A stretch of 64,000 nucleotides of DNA, from NCBI GenBank assembly GCA_964493715.1, contig CAZBPC010000002.1, positions 4,814-68,813 on the forward strand. Reading direction: 5' to 3'. A program made the position numbers and the translations under genes. Below the pieces are notes generated by a model. It had not been told where the DNA came from and searched no databases. It saw nothing but the letters and a program-made list of their open reading frames with translations. The number at the start of each line of letters is the position of its first letter. Within the stretch, counting starts at the first letter, position 1. This DNA is from an uncultured archaeon. GTDB taxonomy: Archaea > Asgardarchaeota > Lokiarchaeia > Sigyniarchaeales > SOKP01. Shown here piece by piece: positions 54,776 to 63,339 of the stretch.

Positions 54776-54882
54776 TGGCGGGCTATGAGGGAATTTCGCA
54801 ATCATCCTATTCGGACGAATCTATCGAACCCCCGACCCCCCGGTTAAGAGCCGGATGCGCTACCTAGCTGCGCCAATAGCCC
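54776..54882 (-). tRNA. tRNA-Lys(CUU) with 30-nt intron in the T-loop (59/60) and encoded CCA
   Basis: Cloverleaf read by hand: acceptor GGGCUAU/AUAGCCC, D arm GCGC-AGCUAGGUA-GCGC, anticodon arm UCCGG-CUCUUAA-CCGGG, T stem GGGGG/CCCUC. Intron 54793-54822 with BHB UUCG[AU|A]...CGAA[AU|U]. Confidence 0.85.
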
Positions 54883-54920
54883 TGATTTTATATATTTTTT
54901 TACTACACCATTAATCAAAA

Positions 54921-55021
54921 CGCAGACGGAGGGATTCGAACCCCCGAGCGCTCACGCGCACCGGTTTACTCGAATATGAAAACACTCAAGACCGGCGTCT
55001 TACCAACTAGGCTACGTCTGC
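54921..55021 (-). tRNA. tRNA-Ser(UGA) with 18-nt canonical 37/38 intron
   Basis: Acceptor GCAGACG/CGUCUGC, anticodon stem CCGGU/ACCGG, loop CUUGAG..A, long variable arm GCGC-GUGA-GCGC, T arm GGGGG-UUCGAAU-CCCUC. Intron 54967-54984 with BHB CUUG[AG|U]...CGAG[UA|A]. Confidence 0.85.
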
Positions 55022-55281
55022 GTGTTTGAGATAATAAATGGTGTTGATACTTAATCATGAATAATTAAGTTAAATTAGATTATATTCAATTAAATAAATT
55101 TTTTTTTATTTTATCTTCATTTTTTCCTCGAAAAAAATTAAGATGTAATTTCTCTGACCGAATGTGCATTACTTGCACCATTTATATCAATAAGGCACAA
55201 GACTGAGAGAGATTTACGAATTTCATGAGTAGAACCAAATTTTTCGTAAAATATAAATTTTGTTGTATATTAGAATACTAC

Positions 55282-55764
55282 ATGAGTGCCGCTAAAGACT
55301 TTAGATATTTAATTCCTCAAAAAATATTTGATGAAATAACAAAAAAAGCCACAGAAGCATATCCTAATGTCGAACATTATTGGATATTTGCAGATCGCAA
55401 GGAGAATTTTGGTATTGTGACTAAATTCATTCCGAACCCTGACTTGAAAAAATCTAGAACTCATATGAAGCCTAGAAGTTGGATGCGATACAAAAAATCT
55501 AAAATCTATAACATGCGTAAATTTAAGCAAGAATTAGGTGTTGATATTGTTTGGCAAGCTCATACACATCCCTCTGGTAACGAAAAACTCCACCAAATCG
55601 ATAAAAGAATACTTAAATACCTTTCTAATGGAGTGATGATTGTGGTAATACCTGAAATCCCAGATCAGAATTTAAAAGGAAATCTAATTGGCTGGTATTA
55701 TGATAAGCGGTATACAAAAAAACCCATAATTGAGCGCATGACATTTGAGATCATATCCGAATAA
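55282..55764 (+). CDS. JAB1/MPN/Mov34 (JAMM) metalloprotease domain protein
   Basis: An upstream Glu (YPNVEHYW) and AHTHPSGNEKLHQID fit the JAMM E...HxHx(7-10)D pattern. The start is set at the internal ATG (MSAAKD). Confidence 0.6.
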   Translation: MSAAKDFRYLIPQKIFDEITKKATEAYPNVEHYWIFADRKENFGIVTKFIPNPDLKKSRTHMKPRSWMRYKKSKIYNMRKFKQELGVDIVWQAHTHPSGNEKLHQIDKRILKYLSNGVMIVVIPEIPDQNLKGNLIGWYYDKRYTKKPIIERMTFEIISE

Positions 55765-55971
55765 TTTGTGAATCAATTTTACTCTTTAAAATCTATCAAA
55801 AAATTATAATCAATTTCGACGTGTTTCAATTAACTCCAAATGATTATGAATGATATTTTCCCTATTTCTTATTTTTCTTTACCACTTAATTGGGAGACGT
55901 TTTAGTAGTTATTTATAAGTTTACGATAATTACTGTAAAAATAATTATTTTATTTATGAAAAGTAATAACA

Positions 55972-57174
55972 ATGGAACAATCTACAGAAATATTGAATGT
56001 AAATTCGAAACAAGAAAATAAAATTACCTCTTTTTTCCAAGTTGATGTTCTGAAAACAATAATGATTTTTCTTGTGATTTTTGATCATACCATTCCGTGG
56101 GATATAAAAAATCACTTAGGAGTGGCTCTCTGGGAAAGGATCTCCATTCCCGTGTTTTTGGTCATAATGGGGTTTAACATGGGTCTTTCATTTCAAAAGA
56201 AAAAAAACCAGTCTTTAAAGCAGCTTTATTCCTGGAAATACTTTCGGCACAAAATTATACGCTATGTCTTACCATTTCTTCTCCTATATCTTATTTCTTC
56301 CATAATTGGAGGATTATTTTATGGACCAAGTCTTCATAATATAGCAACTGGACAGTGGGGTACAAGTTGGGATGATCGTCACTTGTTCATAGGAATATTG
56401 CCCTTTTGGGGACCGGGTAATTGGTTCATACCAGTGATTTTTGGAAGTATTATCATTATGCCTTTAATTTATAAAGGATTCTCAGGATCGACATTCAGGG
56501 CAACTATTTCTTTAATTATATGTTTTTTAATTGAATTTAGCCTGCAATTATTTGTCTATTATGCATTGAAAAATCCTAACCCACCTCCAACATTTATTAC
56601 GTGGGATGATTATTATAATTATCTTATCATAGCTTGTAGTATATTTTTTTATCTTTCAGCAATTGGTTTAGGAATGTGGTTTTCCCAGAACCATAATATT
56701 TTTAATGTTCATAACTGGTTTATGTGGGTGCTATTTCCCTTGAGTCTAGCCTATCTCATAGCATACCAATTTTTTGATTTTAGGTTTAGGAATGAAAATG
56801 GAGTTTCTTTTATATCTGGTGATTATAATTTCTTAGTCTTTCCTTATTCAGCTTTCTTGGTTTTAATCGCATTGAAGCTGTTACCTCACGAATCTAAGAA
56901 TTGGTTTTCAAAGGGGATAAAAATGATAAGCAGATCAACTTATCACATCTTATTAACACAAATATTGTATTTTGCTATTGTAGTAGCATTGTATGGAGAT
57001 CATTATAGAGCAAGTATCATTGGAATTAACCCTGATCAAGATATAGTTGCGTTTTTATATCTCATAATAAATTGGGTCATTTGTATTCCGATTGGAGTAT
57101 TTTGGTGGTATGTAGAGACGAAATTAAAAAATATTATTAGCACAAAAATCATACTCAAAAGAAACCTAAAATAA
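55972..57174 (+). CDS. Acyltransferase-3 family integral membrane protein
   Basis: 400 aa with about 10 hydrophobic segments. The N-terminal FFQVDVLKTIMIFLVIFDH is typical of the acyltransferase_3 family. Confidence 0.6.
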   Translation: MEQSTEILNVNSKQENKITSFFQVDVLKTIMIFLVIFDHTIPWDIKNHLGVALWERISIPVFLVIMGFNMGLSFQKKKNQSLKQLYSWKYFRHKIIRYVLPFLLLYLISSIIGGLFYGPSLHNIATGQWGTSWDDRHLFIGILPFWGPGNWFIPVIFGSIIIMPLIYKGFSGSTFRATISLIICFLIEFSLQLFVYYALKNPNPPPTFITWDDYYNYLIIACSIFFYLSAIGLGMWFSQNHNIFNVHNWFMWVLFPLSLAYLIAYQFFDFRFRNENGVSFISGDYNFLVFPYSAFLVLIALKLLPHESKNWFSKGIKMISRSTYHILLTQILYFAIVVALYGDHYRASIIGINPDQDIVAFLYLIINWVICIPIGVFWWYVETKLKNIISTKIILKRNLK

Positions 57175-57265
57175 ATTCTTTTTTTATTTTTTTTTACATA
57201 AATTGGTCTACAATTCACAATAAAAAAGTATTAAAAATTTAAAACGTTATATAATTATATAAAAA

Positions 57266-57346
57266 GCAATCGTCGCCTAGTGGTATGGCGCTGGTCTGCT
57301 AAACCGGTGTCCGACGGACTCGTGGGTTCGATCCCCACCGATTGCG
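57266..57346 (+). tRNA. tRNA-Ser(GCU), intron-less
   Basis: Acceptor GCAAUCG/CGAUUGC, anticodon arm CUGGU-CUGCUAA-ACCGG, long variable arm GUCC-GAC-GGAC, T arm GUGGG-UUCGAUC-CCCAC. Confidence 0.85.
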
Positions 57347-57365
57347 TTTATATGATAAAAACATC

Positions 57366-57468
57366 GGGCCAGTGGTCTAGTGGCTATAAATCGTGAGATC
57401 TTCTTATAATTGATTAGGACGCCACGCTTACACCGTGGATATCGGGAGTTCGAACCTCTCCTGGCCCA
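57366..57468 (+). tRNA. tRNA-Val(UAC) with 31-nt intron in the D-loop
   Basis: Acceptor GGGCCAG/CUGGCCC, anticodon arm CCACG-CUUACAC-CGUGG, T arm GGGAG-UUCGAAC-CUCUC. The D arm GUCU-AGUGG/UA-GGAC is split by 57384-57414, with BHB UAGU[GG|C]UAUAA...UUAUA AUUG[AU|U]. Confidence 0.8.
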
Positions 57469-57480
57469 TTATTTTTATTC

Positions 57481-58275
57481 CTAATGGCATAATTCTCTAA
57501 TTCTAGAAGGTCTAATCGCATTTAGTTTACAATTCCGTAAATATTTTCCTATATCAGCGATTATCCCAGGAGCTTCAGTATTATCTGAGAGAAGAACTAC
57601 GTTATCTATAAAATTGTGCCTATAAATGGAAACGATATCTCTTAGATGTCCCGTTTTTATCAAAGCTTTTTTTAATTGACCTTTTGTTTCTCCGCTAACA
57701 TAAACAGCCTCGAGATCTTCATCAAGAACTTTTTTAAAGAAATTTAAAGTTGGAATATCTAACTCACCTTGAGCATTTTGCTTTTCAAGATCTATTTTAT
57801 TAATTTTTACGTGAACAGGAAATTCATTTATGAAATCATATGCTTTAATAATTTCAGGTAAAGATTTTTCTTTAAAATTACATAATTGATCCCTAAGCGT
57901 ATGTAAAGAAATTAAAACATCCGTTTTAGGATTTAAGATCCCACAATCTACAAATAACCCAAATCCTACTTTTCCGACATCTACTAAATTTCCTTTCAAA
58001 CGCATTCCATTTTCTAAATTCTTGAATTCCTGGATCGTACCAATTTCTTTCTTTAACATGTTAACGATAAACACTTCCTCAGGACCTGATATCGTGATTT
58101 CCACTCGTTGGTCAAACTTTCTTACTTTATTGAAAATTATTTTTGTGTTAGGAAACCCTTGAGTTAATTCAAGGATGTATTTTTGATACCTTGAAACCAA
58201 ATCTTTTGAATTTTGATCATTTCTACTATTATAAAGTCTATCGAATAAAACAATCTGCTTTACGATTAAAATCAC
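57481..58275 (-). CDS. Hypothetical protein with S1/OB-like segment
   Basis: 264 aa. GMRLKGNLVDVGKVGFGLFVDCGI resembles an S1-type RNA-binding strand pattern. Confidence 0.3.
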   Translation of the reverse strand: MILIVKQIVLFDRLYNSRNDQNSKDLVSRYQKYILELTQGFPNTKIIFNKVRKFDQRVEITISGPEEVFIVNMLKKEIGTIQEFKNLENGMRLKGNLVDVGKVGFGLFVDCGILNPKTDVLISLHTLRDQLCNFKEKSLPEIIKAYDFINEFPVHVKINKIDLEKQNAQGELDIPTLNFFKKVLDEDLEAVYVSGETKGQLKKALIKTGHLRDIVSIYRHNFIDNVVLLSDNTEAPGIIADIGKYLRNCKLNAIRPSRIRELCH

Positions 58276-58433
58276 CAGAGGAAAAAATTAGTATGATATA
58301 ATTAATAATCTAAACGAAATAAAATACTTTCTCCTAAGCTCATTTTTCTCTTGTACATTCTATTCCAGTAAATTTAAATTACTTTTCTTTTATTGTAATG
58401 GATAGAAAAAAATATTAATGAGAAAGATTACCC

Positions 58434-58805
58434 ATGGAAGAACATAGGTTTTTTAATATCGTAGAAAAGCTAAAAGAATATGAAGGAATGGATGAGATAT
58501 TTCTATTAAATTCTGAAGGAGAAGTGATCTATAAATCGGAAGATTTTACTTTAACAAGCGATGAAGCAAAGACACTTTTAAAAGCGTGGAAAGAAAAAGA
58601 ACCTGCTATTATTTTTCACGATCTGCGTTTTGCGATTCTTAAAAATGATGAAATTCAATTAGCTGCAAAAAATATAACAGGTGGAAAGGGAAATATAGTA
58701 GGATCCATAACTAAAGAAGGAGATTATCTTGTTGCGCATACAAGGGATGAAGGATTGATCCTACTAGAATGGTCAATTTTTATAAATAAAGTGGCATGGA
58801 GTTAA
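58434..58805 (+). CDS. Profilin-like protein (Asgard-type)
   Basis: 123 aa. IFLLNSEGEVIYKSEDFTLTSDEAKTLLKAW...LRFAILKNDE...AKNITGGKGNIVGSITKEGDYLVAHT follows the profilin pattern (dG.vwa.s.gF.l...E...l...F...G.ky..l..d...gkkG..G...t...lv). Confidence 0.55.
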   Translation: MEEHRFFNIVEKLKEYEGMDEIFLLNSEGEVIYKSEDFTLTSDEAKTLLKAWKEKEPAIIFHDLRFAILKNDEIQLAAKNITGGKGNIVGSITKEGDYLVAHTRDEGLILLEWSIFINKVAWS

Positions 58806-58877
58806 TTACCATTTTCTTTCTTAAGATAAAATAAAACTAATTCGAAAACACTATCTATTTATTTTAATGTAGAAAAA

Positions 58878-59693
58878 ATGAAAGTTGAAATCCGGGAAGC
58901 TAAAAGTATTATAACTAAAAGTAATATCCCTTCAATAGATTATGTGATAAATCCATATACAGGGTGCCAACATGGTTGTATTTACTGCTATGCGGAATTC
59001 ATGATTAGGTTTACTGGTCATAAAGGAGAGAAATGGGGCGCTTTCTTAGATGTTAAAAATTATGACTTTGGAAAGATTAAACCTTCAAGATATGATGGTA
59101 AATCAATTCTGTTAAGTTCTGTGACAGATCCATATTTACCATTAGAAAAGAAATATCAAAATACCAAAAAGATTTTAGAAAGTCTTGTTGGAACTAGTGC
59201 TAATATTCAAATCCTTACAAAATCAAAATTAGTAACCAGAGATATAGAGTTATTCAAAAAATTTGAAAACATAAAAGTTGGAATTTCGATAAACACATCA
59301 AGCGATAATTTTGCCAGAATTATCGAACCCGCTGCGTCTAAACCTTCAGAAAGATTAAGTGCAATAGAGCAAATTTCTAGAGAAAATATAGAGACTTATG
59401 TATTTGTGTCCCCCTTTTTTCCAGAAATTACTGATTTTAAAGCTATATTAGAAAAAGCTGAGAATTATACTAAGAATTTTATTTTTGAAAATTTAAACTT
59501 TAGACCCCATAATGTTCCAAGAATTTATCAGATAATTGATAAGTATTATCCAACATTACTCCCTAAATATAAAAAAATTCGACAAGATCAGAGTTATTGG
59601 GACTTTGTTGAATTAGAAATTAAAGAATTCTGTGAAAGTAAACAACTTAATTATGAAATTGAATTTCATCATGGTGGATTTTCAAAAAGCTGA
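58878..59693 (+). CDS. Radical SAM protein (SplB/DNA-photolyase-like family)
   Basis: 271 aa. INPYTGCQHGCIYCYA cluster and VTDPY motif. Confidence 0.7.
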   Translation: MKVEIREAKSIITKSNIPSIDYVINPYTGCQHGCIYCYAEFMIRFTGHKGEKWGAFLDVKNYDFGKIKPSRYDGKSILLSSVTDPYLPLEKKYQNTKKILESLVGTSANIQILTKSKLVTRDIELFKKFENIKVGISINTSSDNFARIIEPAASKPSERLSAIEQISRENIETYVFVSPFFPEITDFKAILEKAENYTKNFIFENLNFRPHNVPRIYQIIDKYYPTLLPKYKKIRQDQSYWDFVELEIKEFCESKQLNYEIEFHHGGFSKS

Positions 59694-60045
59694 GTTAATG
59701 TATTAATGTCATTATGAAATAATAAGAAAGAGAATTATTATGAACAAGATTCTTTTTTAAGGACCTCCTTCATTCCTTTATTTTTTCAAATTAATAATTG
59801 TCACAATTTTTTGTACAAAAAGCAATGTATTGGAGAATTGAATCAAAATGTATGTATTATAAAAACAAAATATAAATTATTTGATTTATTACTTCTTTTT
59901 AACAGAATTAAAATACAAGAAAAAATTAACGCAAATAAAAATCTGTATTCAGAAGTGTTTAGGTTCTGATTAGAGTTTTGCGGTTTATACAATTCCATAA
60001 TATTTGAGCTAACATCTGTTGTAATATAAAGAAGGTGCATGAGAA

Positions 60046-60762
60046 ATGTTCAGTCAACAAGGTCGTGGATATGATATGGCTATAACGCAATTTTCGCCTG
60101 AAGGAAGATTATTTCAGGTAGAATATGCTATTGAAGCCGTTAGACGCGGTACTACTGCTATAGTTTGTACCAACAAGCATTCTGTTGTATTTGCAGTAGA
60201 AAAGAAAAGTTTAGAACTTCAAGAGGTTCGCGGTTCAGAGAAAATTTTTAAGATTGATGACCATATTGGTGTAGCTATTGCTGGACTCACGGCAGATGCC
60301 CGCGTGTTGGTTGACCGTGCAAGAGTTCAAGCACAAGTTAATTTATTAAATTATGATGAAAAAATTTCAGTAAAAGATTCAACCTTGAACATATGTGAAT
60401 ATCTTCAAATGTTTACCCAGAATGCTGGGGTTAGACCTTTTGGAGTAAGTCTTCTGGTTGCTGGAATTGATTCAGATGGAAGCACTTCCTTATACTTAAC
60501 AGATCCAAGTGGAGCAATGTGGGGATATAAAGCTTTTGCGATAGGGGCAGGTGCAAATGAAGCAAGAGCATACCTTGAAGAGAATTATAAAGAAGATATG
60601 AGTGATGAAGAATTAAAATTATTACCATTACGAACTTTAAAAGAATTAATGGGTGAAAATTTAACATCACGCACATGTGATGTAACTTATATTTTGAAAG
60701 ATGATGTGAAGTTTAAATTATTGAGCGTTGAAGAAAAAGAAGAATTATTAGGTATGCTATAA
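60046..60762 (+). CDS. psmA: Proteasome alpha subunit
   Basis: YDMAITQFSPEGRLFQVEYAIEAV signature. 238 aa. GAAGGTG lies 8 nt upstream. Confidence 0.95.
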   Translation: MFSQQGRGYDMAITQFSPEGRLFQVEYAIEAVRRGTTAIVCTNKHSVVFAVEKKSLELQEVRGSEKIFKIDDHIGVAIAGLTADARVLVDRARVQAQVNLLNYDEKISVKDSTLNICEYLQMFTQNAGVRPFGVSLLVAGIDSDGSTSLYLTDPSGAMWGYKAFAIGAGANEARAYLEENYKEDMSDEELKLLPLRTLKELMGENLTSRTCDVTYILKDDVKFKLLSVEEKEELLGML

Positions 60763-60868
60763 TATAGAAACATCCTCAAGGTAACCCTTTATAATTATAA
60801 TCAATAACATAGACAAAGAATAGACGAGATAAAAATTTATAATTAAAGAGCAATATTTGATAAAGCGT

Positions 60869-61660
60869 ATGATTGATAGAGCAAGAATTGATTTAGGTGG
60901 ATATATCATTGGACGCATCGAAAAAGAAGGAAGGACTTTTGAAATGTTATTAGACCAAGAAAAAGCATGGGATGCAAAAAAAATCATACGAGATGAAATA
61001 AGCAATAACCTAAAAAGTGGAAGTGATAAATCTCGTCTTTCCGTTCAAGATATATTAAACGACCCTAGAATTTCCGTAGATCTCATTTTTGAAAGTTTTT
61101 CGGTTTTTGAAGATCTTAAAAGAGGAAAAAAAGCTACTGATGGTGATATGGAGGCAGTTTTTAACTCTACTGAGGGCAGGACGATTGCTGCTCATATTTT
61201 ATTAGATGGAGAGATTCATTGGACTAAGACACAGAGAGAAGAAGAAAGAGAGAAAAAACTAAAGCAAATAATTACGATTATAAGCAAGAATGCGATAAAT
61301 CCACAGAATAAAAAACCCCATCCATATCAGAGAATTGAAAAAGCTATAGAAGAAGCAAAAGTTAAAATCTCTTTGATGAAAAATGCTGAGGAACAAGTTG
61401 AAGATGTTGTAAAAAGTCTACAATCTATTATCCCAATTCGAATGGAACAAGTAGAGATTGCACTTAAAATTCCATCATCATTTACCGCAAAAGGATATAA
61501 TGTTGTTGCTCAAATGGCTCAAATTAAAAAAGAAGAATGGCAAGCTGACGGATCATGGGTATCTGTAATTAACATTCCTGCAGGTCTTCAAATGGAATTG
61601 ATTGATAAACTGAATAAGCTCACACATGGAAGAGTTCAAACAAAACTCTTAAAATCCTAA
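60869..61660 (+). CDS. sdo1: SBDS (Shwachman-Bodian-Diamond) ribosome maturation protein homolog
   Basis: The N-terminal GRIEKEGRTFEMLLDQEKAW FYSH-domain pattern, and its position between psmA and rrp4 as in the conserved archaeal superoperon. Confidence 0.8.
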   Translation: MIDRARIDLGGYIIGRIEKEGRTFEMLLDQEKAWDAKKIIRDEISNNLKSGSDKSRLSVQDILNDPRISVDLIFESFSVFEDLKRGKKATDGDMEAVFNSTEGRTIAAHILLDGEIHWTKTQREEEREKKLKQIITIISKNAINPQNKKPHPYQRIEKAIEEAKVKISLMKNAEEQVEDVVKSLQSIIPIRMEQVEIALKIPSSFTAKGYNVVAQMAQIKKEEWQADGSWVSVINIPAGLQMELIDKLNKLTHGRVQTKLLKS

Positions 61661-61745
61661 ACTTTCGTAGTTTAACTAATTTTTTTAGCGCTATATTTTT
61701 TCATTTAGACAAAAGAAAAAACGTAAAGAGTGTGAAATTATACAA

Positions 61746-62576
61746 ATGAGTTTTAAAGATGAAGAACAAAGACTTAAAGATGATAATCAAGAAGAAGAGG
61801 CGGTAAATACTGAAGAAGATTCTGATCCTGATGAATTTGAGGATGAGGAAACCACTCGTAATTTAGTTGTACCAGGTGAAATCCTTACTACAGATACAAA
61901 AACTTACTTACCCGGAAGAGGAACAATACTTAGTCAGGATCGCTCTAAAATAATATCACTTAATATTGGATTAAAACAAACAAAAAAGAATTACATCAAC
62001 GTTATCCCTCTAAGAGGATTCTATACTCCACGTCCCGGAGATAAAGTATTAGCATTGGTAATTGATAAAAATCCTGTAAAATATAGGTGTGATATTAACG
62101 CTAAAGATGATGCTATTCTTAAACCTAAAAATACAATGAAACGGGGGAGAATATCCAGAGGAATGAGAGGAGGTCCTCCAGATCGTGATAATTCAAATGC
62201 TGAAATGTATGATATTGGGGACATATTGATTGCCAAGATAGTCTCTGCAGATAGATTAAATGCCCCTGAATTAACTACCGTTGGTAAGTATTTAGGAAAA
62301 AAGAATAATGGGATTGTTATATCAATTGATCCCCCAAAAATTCCTCGTGTTATAGGAAGAGACGGATCTATGATTAAAAATTTAAAAAATTTAACTAAAA
62401 GCACAATTTTCGTAACACAAAATGGGCGTATCTGGTTAAAAGGTGAAGATATTGCTCACGAGCGATTATTAATTGATGCAATAAGAAAAATCGAACGAGA
62501 AGCCCATACAGTTGGATTAACAGATAGAATGGTAGATTATATTGAAAATGAAAAAAAAAAGAGAGGTTTGAAATAA
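61746..62576 (+). CDS. rrp4: Exosome RNA-binding subunit Rrp4 (S1 plus KH) with acidic N-terminal extension
   Basis: VVPGE...L, an S1 segment (GDKVLALVIDKN), a KH segment (KIPRVIGRDGSMIKNL), and superoperon context. Confidence 0.85.
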   Translation: MSFKDEEQRLKDDNQEEEAVNTEEDSDPDEFEDEETTRNLVVPGEILTTDTKTYLPGRGTILSQDRSKIISLNIGLKQTKKNYINVIPLRGFYTPRPGDKVLALVIDKNPVKYRCDINAKDDAILKPKNTMKRGRISRGMRGGPPDRDNSNAEMYDIGDILIAKIVSADRLNAPELTTVGKYLGKKNNGIVISIDPPKIPRVIGRDGSMIKNLKNLTKSTIFVTQNGRIWLKGEDIAHERLLIDAIRKIEREAHTVGLTDRMVDYIENEKKKRGLK

Positions 62577-63338
62577 ATGCCGTTAGTAATTAATGATGAA
62601 TATCCTGAAAAGTTATTTCGTGATGATGGAAAAAGGTTAGATGGGCGAGATAAGACTGAATTAAGACCGATTAAAATGGAAGTAGGCGTTATAGAGAATG
62701 CAGATGGTTCTGCTTATTTGGAATGGGGAAATAATAAGATTTATGCAGCTGTATATGGTCCACGAGAAGTACACCCGCATCATTTAGCCAAACCTGATAG
62801 TGGAATTTTACGCGTCTTTTATAGAATGACAACATACTCCGTATTCGAGAGAAAGCGACCTGCTCCAGGTCGTAGAGAAAAAGAGATTTCTATGGTGATA
62901 ACTGATTGCTTGAAACCACTTTTATTTCTAGAATTATATCCCGGCACATCTTTCGAAGTTTTTATTGAAGTTATGGATGCTGACGGTGGAACAAGATGTG
63001 CAGCAACTACAGTAGCAGCTCTAGCTTTAGCAGATGCAGGAATTCCGATGAAAAGTTTGGTGACAGCAGTAGCTGTTGGAAAGATTGATAACGAATTAGT
63101 CGTGGATCTATCAGGTATCGAAGATAAAGCAGGACAAGCGGATTTGCCATGTGCTATAACATGGTTTAATGAAGAATTATCTTTATTACAGTTTGATGGA
63201 GATATGAATCTTGAAGAAATGGAAGAATTTCTGTCATTAGCAAAATCTGCCTTATCAGATATATACGAAATACAATTAGCCGCCTTGAAAAAGAAATACA
63301 TTGACATTCAAGAAGAAGTTAGTGGAGGTAATAGTTAA
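62577..63338 (+). CDS. rrp41: Exosome catalytic-ring subunit Rrp41 (RNase PH)
   Basis: RLDGRDKTELRPIKMEVGV...ADGSAYLEWGNNKIYAAVYGPRE RNase PH signature. Confidence 0.9.
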   Translation: MPLVINDEYPEKLFRDDGKRLDGRDKTELRPIKMEVGVIENADGSAYLEWGNNKIYAAVYGPREVHPHHLAKPDSGILRVFYRMTTYSVFERKRPAPGRREKEISMVITDCLKPLLFLELYPGTSFEVFIEVMDADGGTRCAATTVAALALADAGIPMKSLVTAVAVGKIDNELVVDLSGIEDKAGQADLPCAITWFNEELSLLQFDGDMNLEEMEEFLSLAKSALSDIYEIQLAALKKKYIDIQEEVSGGNS

Positions 63339-63339
63339 A

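Noticed and set aside
59843-60040. 65-aa minus-strand ORF upstream of psmA
   Set aside because: It has a low-complexity product, lies in the psmA promoter and leader region, and has no RBS or motif.
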